NCBI GenBank assembly: GCA_964392445.1
Contig: CAYMPD010000008.1
Location: 1-42,268 of the forward strand
Length of the DNA stretch: 42,268 bases
Reading direction: 5' to 3'
From: an uncultured archaeon
GTDB taxonomy: Archaea; Aenigmatarchaeota; Aenigmatarchaeia; CG10238-14
The notes beneath the pieces were generated by a model that saw only the letters and a program-made list of their open reading frames with translations, made no database searches and was not told where the DNA came from. Positions 37,498-42,268 of the stretch are shown here, one piece after another. Within the stretch, counting starts at the first letter, position 1. Each line of letters starts with the position of its first letter. Position numbers and translations under genes: made by a program.

Positions 37498-37593
37498 ATC
37501 ACTTTAAGGAACAATTAGGTTTTTAAGGCTTTTGTATTTTATTTGATATACTAGGTAGGGCTCATCAAAAATATGGGATAAAAACTAAAAAAA

Positions 37594-37908
37594 TCATCCA
37601 AACAAATTCGCGAGTCCTCCCGCAGCTTCTTCAGCCTTCTTTTCCTCGTCTTCCTCGTCCTCTTCTTCCTTTTCCTCTTCTTTTGGTGCTTCTCCACCTT
37701 CTACTGGTGCTGCTGGTGCTGTTGCTACTGGCATTGCAGCCTTACTAATCACTTCTTCTATATCAACTCCATCCAGAGCTGCTATCATTGCCTTAATTTT
37801 TGCATCTTCTGCCTTTGCACCTGCCGCTTCTATTACTTTTTTGACGTTTTCTTCATTCACTTCTTTACCAGCTGAATGTAGTAGCATCGCAGAGTATACG
37901 TATTCCAT
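37594..37908 (-). CDS. rpl12: 50S ribosomal stalk protein P1 (aL12)
   Basis: '[11 protein letters not shown]', Ala/Glu-rich hinge, 'GLANLFG'. Confidence 0.97.
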   Translation of the reverse strand: MEYVYSAMLLHSAGKEVNEENVKKVIEAAGAKAEDAKIKAMIAALDGVDIEEVISKAAMPVATAPAAPVEGGEAPKEEEKEEEDEEDEEKKAEEAAGGLANLFG

Positions 37909-37923
37909 CTTTTACACACCTCC

Positions 37924-38769
37924 TTAATCATTAATTCCTGTTTTATTTTTCAGGTTTTGAGCATGAATTTTAGCTTTTTTAAGTAGTTCTTCGATTATCC
38001 CTTTATCCAATATATTACACTCCAATCCCAAAGATTTAGCCTCCATGAATCCTTTCTGTAAGAGTAATTTAATTGAATCCTTAGTTGGATAACTGGTGTT
38101 AACTGAAAGATTAATCGCCCGACTATAAGCAAGCTTTAATTTATCCAAGTATTGTTTCACATCAACCGCAAGTATATCTCTACCAAATATCGTTCCATCT
38201 TCCCAGGTAGCTAAAAGATTAATACTTATTTCCATTGGTTGTATGTCCAGTTTTTTAAGGATATTTGCGACTTCTGGTGTAATTTCTTCTCCTTTTTTAA
38301 CGGCCTTTTTTTGTTTTCTGACATGAATCCTACCTTCCTTTACCATCGCAGGTATCTTAACTCTTTGAAAGTCAGCAATCGCTGGGCCTGCTGGAAGTCT
38401 TGTTGGCCCTTCAGGTACTATTATGTCCTTGGGTGCCATATCTCCAGGTTTTGCATAGGTTGGTGACCGGTTTTCGTCGAGTATCCTGTATAATTTGAAT
38501 GGGTTCATATTTGTAAAAATTAATGCTGGTTTTTTTGCGTTCTTCCCCAAGAGTTCTTCTAAACCTTTTTTACCCTCAGCACCCTCTAGAGCTCTTTTTA
38601 TCACACATTTCTTTCTCATTAATATCTCTACTTGGCCCCTTAGATCTTTTCTAATGAACTGCAATTGTCTGGAAGGAAATTTAAAAAAGTCGATTAAACC
38701 TATGACTGAGTAATCCTGAACTTTCTGTTTCAATTCTTTGACCTGATCTTTCTTTTCTTGTTTTACCAC
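37924..38769 (-). CDS. rpl10: 50S ribosomal protein uL10 (P0)
   Basis: 'NMNPFKL', 'AP.DI.VP.GPT', 'EITPEVA..L.KLDIQP'. Confidence 0.93.
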   Translation of the reverse strand: MVKQEKKDQVKELKQKVQDYSVIGLIDFFKFPSRQLQFIRKDLRGQVEILMRKKCVIKRALEGAEGKKGLEELLGKNAKKPALIFTNMNPFKLYRILDENRSPTYAKPGDMAPKDIIVPEGPTRLPAGPAIADFQRVKIPAMVKEGRIHVRKQKKAVKKGEEITPEVANILKKLDIQPMEISINLLATWEDGTIFGRDILAVDVKQYLDKLKLAYSRAINLSVNTSYPTKDSIKLLLQKGFMEAKSLGLECNILDKGIIEELLKKAKIHAQNLKNKTGIND

Positions 38770-38770
38770 T

Positions 38771-39388
38771 TTACCAGTCCTCCAACTTTATAGGTTTACT
38801 CATAGTTAATTTAAGATAAACATCAGAAATGTTATTTCTCCCCTTAGGTAGTTTTCTTATGACAAAATTGATTAATGCCTTGATATTCTCGGCAACATCT
38901 TCATCTTTCATATCTTCCGAACCCAAAGGAAATTGTAGCATTGGTTGGTTGCCTGTTTTAACCCTTACCCCTCTTTTGTAATCTTTAATTAAATCTTTGA
39001 TATCTCCAACAACAGGTTTTGGCATCTTTCCGACAGGAGCAAGGAATTTACCTAGATGTTTTCCAACAACAGGCATAAGCTTTGGTTCTGATAAGAATAA
39101 AGTCGTATCTTTTACTATTTTCTTACGTTCTTTTTTATTTTCTGCTAAGTCCTCAATCTTTTCCTTTGAGACTATTCTTACGTCTTCTAATTTTTTGCTA
39201 GATTCTGAGAAAATTGTGATAGAAGCTGGTTTACCAGGTATTTTAGGAAGAACAAATATCTCATCTACCTTATTTTCCGATTTCTTGAAGTCAAAATCTT
39301 TAAGAGTAATAATTAAATCGAATCTTTGAGTGAAATTTCTCTTTTTTGAGGACTCTTTTAGTTTTTTAATCTCTTCTTTTAATACCAT
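38771..39388 (-). CDS. rpl1: 50S ribosomal protein uL1
   Basis: 'KRNFTQ..DLII.LK', 'LMP.VG..LG..L.P.GKMP', 'GSEDM...VAENI'; GGAGG SD before ATG 39388. Confidence 0.93.
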   Translation of the reverse strand: MVLKEEIKKLKESSKKRNFTQRFDLIITLKDFDFKKSENKVDEIFVLPKIPGKPASITIFSESSKKLEDVRIVSKEKIEDLAENKKERKKIVKDTTLFLSEPKLMPVVGKHLGKFLAPVGKMPKPVVGDIKDLIKDYKRGVRVKTGNQPMLQFPLGSEDMKDEDVAENIKALINFVIRKLPKGRNNISDVYLKLTMSKPIKLEDW

Positions 39389-39455
39389 CTTTATCCCTCC
39401 TGCATTAAGCAGTGCCAATGGGCTAGTTTAGATTAGTAGTTAAAATTTATAAAGG

Positions 39456-39881
39456 TTATTTTTCGCTATCTTCTTTTAATTTCAAAATAGCTTCTCCAAG
39501 AAGTTTAAACTTATCAGTAAACTTATTATCAATATCCAGAACCTTTCTAACAACATCTCTATAGGTTCTTTCATAGTCTTTTGGTAGTTTTTCTATTTCT
39601 TTGAATTTTTCTTCGAGTTCATCCACCTTTTCTCCTATTAACCAAGTTGCTTTTCGGTAATTCTCCAGAAGCATCTCTAGTTCAAAGATTTTATTGAAAT
39701 ACTTGTTTTCTTCTTCCAGAATCTTATTAATTTTGGATTCTATGGGTTTAAAATCTAATTTTTCAATCTTTTTCATCATTTTCCTAGTCTTTTTTCTCTC
39801 TAAATAGTACAAATAAGCAATTATTCCTAAAGCGAGTAAAGAAATTAAAGCCAATATTACCAACACTAATGTTTGAAGCAT
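39456..39881 (-). CDS. N-terminally anchored coiled-coil protein
   Basis: Hydrophobic N-terminus followed by a heptad-rich region. Confidence 0.7.
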   Translation of the reverse strand: MLQTLVLVILALISLLALGIIAYLYYLERKKTRKMMKKIEKLDFKPIESKINKILEEENKYFNKIFELEMLLENYRKATWLIGEKVDELEEKFKEIEKLPKDYERTYRDVVRKVLDIDNKFTDKFKLLGEAILKLKEDSEK

Positions 39882-39915
39882 ATAACCAACTTATTACTTA
39901 TTAGTGAGTAAAAGC

Positions 39916-40650
39916 TTAAGAATTTAATATATCCCTAACTTCACTTTCCATAATACCGAAATGCAACGCAATCTTATCCATCCTCCAGCCATAGGAGTTA
40001 AGTTTAACCACTGCTTTAGTAAATTTAGGCTTCTTTGATGCACAATCAATATCAAGTTCTCTTCTTAATCTAACAAATTTTTCATCTATCTTCAAATTCG
40101 GTATCTCCCAAGTGTTATTCCTCAAGAATTCATCGACCCTCTCAGATCTAACCCAAGAATACAGTGAAATTGGACAAGGATATTTCTCCACGCATTTTAG
40201 CAACAAGCAGAATACTTGATCCGTCAGAAGCAAATGTTTCCGAAGACTAGTTTTTTTAGCATCTCTAACATCAGACGGTATTTGCTCCAAGATTTGATTT
40301 TCTTCAATAAATCGTCTAAAACTGTTGATTTTCAGTCCTTTATCACCCACATGATAACTCAATTGTCTCAGAAAATTCTTCTCAAGATAATCATAATACT
40401 TACCCTCAGGGACGATAAAATCCTTGGTATTCACCCTCTGAATCTTTGAGGCATACTGATCAGAATATTTCACAAGGTAAAGATAGGGTTTCCCGTTGCC
40501 TGTTTTATGGAATTTCTCTAGAGAAGTGATTATTTCCTTGTTTCTAATACCCAAACCCTTGAAAATCTCAACTATTTTTCTCTGGTGATTTTTTCTATCG
40601 AAAACCTTTCCCAAATCATGGCTCAAAGCGATTATACGAAGGTTTTTCAT
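39916..40650 (-). CDS. Cas10-like circularly permuted HD domain fused to a C-terminal HTH
   Basis: 'ALSHDLGK', 'NH', 'FH', 'YSDQYAS', then 'IPSDVR...SLRKHLLLT'; C-terminal 'WRMDKIALHFGIMESEVRDIL'. Confidence 0.6.
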   Translation of the reverse strand: MKNLRIIALSHDLGKVFDRKNHQRKIVEIFKGLGIRNKEIITSLEKFHKTGNGKPYLYLVKYSDQYASKIQRVNTKDFIVPEGKYYDYLEKNFLRQLSYHVGDKGLKINSFRRFIEENQILEQIPSDVRDAKKTSLRKHLLLTDQVFCLLLKCVEKYPCPISLYSWVRSERVDEFLRNNTWEIPNLKIDEKFVRLRRELDIDCASKKPKFTKAVVKLNSYGWRMDKIALHFGIMESEVRDILNS

Positions 40651-40792
40651 TTTTATCAAATAATGTATATACAAAATAGTTTATAAAAAATTGTAGAGTA
40701 TAATTGGAATGAACACAGAAAATAAGGAAGGATATAAGAGATAAGTATAATAATAAAATCTAATTAGGTTCAAAAGTTCTAGAAAAAGTTCT

Positions 40793-41473
40793 TTAACTCT
40801 CCTTTAACAAATTATCATATTTTCCTTCGTCTATTTCCTGTAAAACTTCCTTAGGTTTCTTTCCCTCAACTGTAACAGGCATACTAACGCAACTACCTAT
40901 AACCTCCTTAACCGCACTTTTGAAGGATTTAGCAAGCAAAGATTCTCTTTTCATCTTCGCGACTTTTATACACTGTTCCATTTTTACATCAGCAATTATT
41001 TCTCTTTCTTTTTTGACCTTTTTCAATTTTCTCTTAGCTTTTTTTCCTTTCTTCTTTAATTTTCCCTCGGCTTCTTCGGCTTCCTCCCCCTCTTTTGCCT
41101 CTTCTTCTGTCTCTTTCTCTTCTTTCCCCTTCTTTTTCTTCTTTTTCTTTTCCTCTTCAGGTTCTGTACTTGTAGCCAAAAAAGTATCCTCTTCCTCTTT
41201 TTTCTCTGGAGCTATTTTTTTAAGTCCTAACTCCTTTCTAAGTAAAGATGAAACAGGTGGAGTACCAACCTTGATCTTGTAAGAACGAGTTTTTCTATTT
41301 ATTATAACCTTAACAGGGACGTTCATGTTAGCGTATTCTTTTGTCTTTTTGTTAATATCTTGGAATAATTGTCCAATGTTGACTTTCAAAGCCCCTAGTC
41401 TAGGAGCTGTGGATGGTCCAGGTTTAGCTTTTCCTCCTTCTACCAACAAATCAAGTGTTTCTGTGTCAGCCAT
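40793..41473 (-). CDS. rpl11: 50S ribosomal protein uL11 with about 70-aa K/E-rich insertion
   Basis: 'LVEGGKA.PGP', 'VPVKV', 'GTPPVS.LL.KELG', 'KEV.GSC.SM.VTVEGK'. Confidence 0.92.
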   Translation of the reverse strand: MADTETLDLLVEGGKAKPGPSTAPRLGALKVNIGQLFQDINKKTKEYANMNVPVKVIINRKTRSYKIKVGTPPVSSLLRKELGLKKIAPEKKEEEDTFLATSTEPEEEKKKKKKKGKEEKETEEEAKEGEEAEEAEGKLKKKGKKAKRKLKKVKKEREIIADVKMEQCIKVAKMKRESLLAKSFKSAVKEVIGSCVSMPVTVEGKKPKEVLQEIDEGKYDNLLKES

Positions 41474-41522
41474 AATCATCAACTCATATAATTAGTAGGA
41501 TTAAGGTATTTAAAACATTCGT

Positions 41523-41960
41523 TCATTCAGTTTTCTTAACGACTTTAACCAACTCAGCATTAACAGTAACAGGTATAGGAACAGTAACCTCAATCAACTC
41601 TATTGTAACCTCACTTTTATCCTCATCATGCCTTTTAACCTTACCTTTCTCTCCCTTGAACGGTCCTCCTATTACTTCTACTAAATCTCCCTCATTGATA
41701 TTAATTTCAACTTTTCTGGGCTGTAAAAACCTCTTAATCTCATCAACAGGAACTTCTTTTCTTATTATTCCACGCGCATGAGGAATTTCTTTAACCACTT
41801 GCTCTACATCTCTCTGCTCACCCTCGATAAACACATAACCACGAATTTCCTCGGGATGAATAAGTGATTTAATTTCCAAATCGTGTATCTTAGCTTTATC
41901 AGAAACAGTGTTGATTACTATATTCTCTCGACCTATTATTGTTTTAACCGCAAATATCAT
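41523..41960 (-). CDS. spt5: Transcription elongation factor Spt5 (NusG)
   Basis: NGN domain 'GYVFIE'; KOW 'GDLVEVIGGPFKGEKG'. Confidence 0.96.
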   Translation of the reverse strand: MIFAVKTIIGRENIVINTVSDKAKIHDLEIKSLIHPEEIRGYVFIEGEQRDVEQVVKEIPHARGIIRKEVPVDEIKRFLQPRKVEININEGDLVEVIGGPFKGEKGKVKRHDEDKSEVTIELIEVTVPIPVTVNAELVKVVKKTE

Positions 41961-42146
41961 TTAAGCACCGAAAATTATTGAAACCATGTAAAATACGAAT
42001 GAAACCGAACCCATCAGGAAGAATCCTATAAAACATATCCTTGATATCCTCTTTAACTCTTCCATAGTTGGTTTTTTCGCTAAAATTAAGACTCTTTTAT
42101 ACCTTTGGATAGTCTCTTTCAAATTAAAATTCAGTTTTAGCTTCAT
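41961..42146 (-). CDS. secE: Protein translocase subunit SecE (Sec61-gamma)
   Basis: 'YKRVL.LAKKPT.EE.......G...G.V.F'; directly upstream of spt5. Confidence 0.92.
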   Translation of the reverse strand: MKLKLNFNLKETIQRYKRVLILAKKPTMEELKRISRICFIGFFLMGSVSFVFYMVSIIFGA

Positions 42147-42209
42147 AACTATACCTAGATTAATTATTGTTCAACATTAATAAATTAATAGAAAAGAAAA
42201 TAAAAGGCT

Positions 42210-42268
42210 TTACTCGATGAACTCTATTCCAAGTTCCTCTTCAACAAAGGTTTTCTTTGGTTCCATTA
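42210..42268 (-). CDS. ftsZ: C-terminus of a gene entering from the right edge, probably FtsZ
   Basis: ...MEPKKTFVEEELGIEFIE*. 'ELGIEFI' resembles the archaeal FtsZ tail, and ftsZ-secE-spt5 synteny is well known. Confidence 0.55.
   Translation of the reverse strand, partial: MEPKKTFVEEELGIEFIE

Noticed and set aside
39395-39422. Hairpin overlapping the rpl1 SD as a possible L1 autoregulatory site
   Set aside because: Only a 4-bp stem plus weak flanking pairs; I could not match the L1-binding internal loop convincingly.
913-41282. Many short ORF-track entries antisense to or overlapping long genes (e.g. 913, 7654, 7740, 8046, 9111, 10025, 16841-19795 minus, 20025, 22876, 26752, 28251, 34011, 38997, 40920)
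   Set aside because: They are shadow frames of well-supported genes, with no motifs or ribosome-binding sites.
1-42268. tRNA, rRNA, C/D guide RNA and CRISPR arrays
   Set aside because: By eye I found no T-loop/cloverleaf, rRNA-like tract, paired C/D boxes or repeat-spacer array; tRNAscan-SE or snoscan would be decisive.

Overview
AT-rich archaeal chromosome segment, probably from a DPANN-type lineage (inferred from gene content, not from a phylogeny). 1-14.2 kb is a minus-strand surface-glycosylation island: two GT-C-like membrane proteins, an AlkP-family enzyme, a UDP-glucuronate decarboxylase pseudogene with two lesions, a B12-binding radical SAM enzyme, a DMT transporter and three GT2s. 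Two cargo cassettes sit in this island, each flanked by a diverged duplicate of the neighbouring gene's terminus whose differences are mostly synonymous. One carries a Schlafen/AlbA_2-HATPase-wHTH gene (7373-9537), the other a PepSY-like + C39 peptidase pair (14225-15156). The rest is mostly housekeeping: cdc48 with a 492-aa LAGLIDADG intein, TRAM, SSB, rpl40e, sec11, tfs, rpo5, mat, nop5/fibrillarin, rpl12-rpl10-rpl1, rpl11-spt5-secE and a probable ftsZ end. Toxin-antitoxin modules are interspersed: RelBE, MntA with a nonsense-inactivated HepT, and a divergent DUF6516-like/HTH pair. The most notable observations are (i) an orphan circularly permuted Cas10-type HD domain fused to an HTH, lying between rpl11 and rpl1; (ii) the integrase-less cassettes that appear to restore their target gene; (iii) three successive wHTH tails, each followed by its own 11-bp tandem repeat; (iv) two unannotated, oppositely charged micropeptides with strong Shine-Dalgarno (SD) sites behind a candidate structured RNA; (v) Rpo5 and uL11 with large charged extensions. 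No tRNA, rRNA or CRISPR array was seen. All family calls come from motif recognition by eye, not from database searches.
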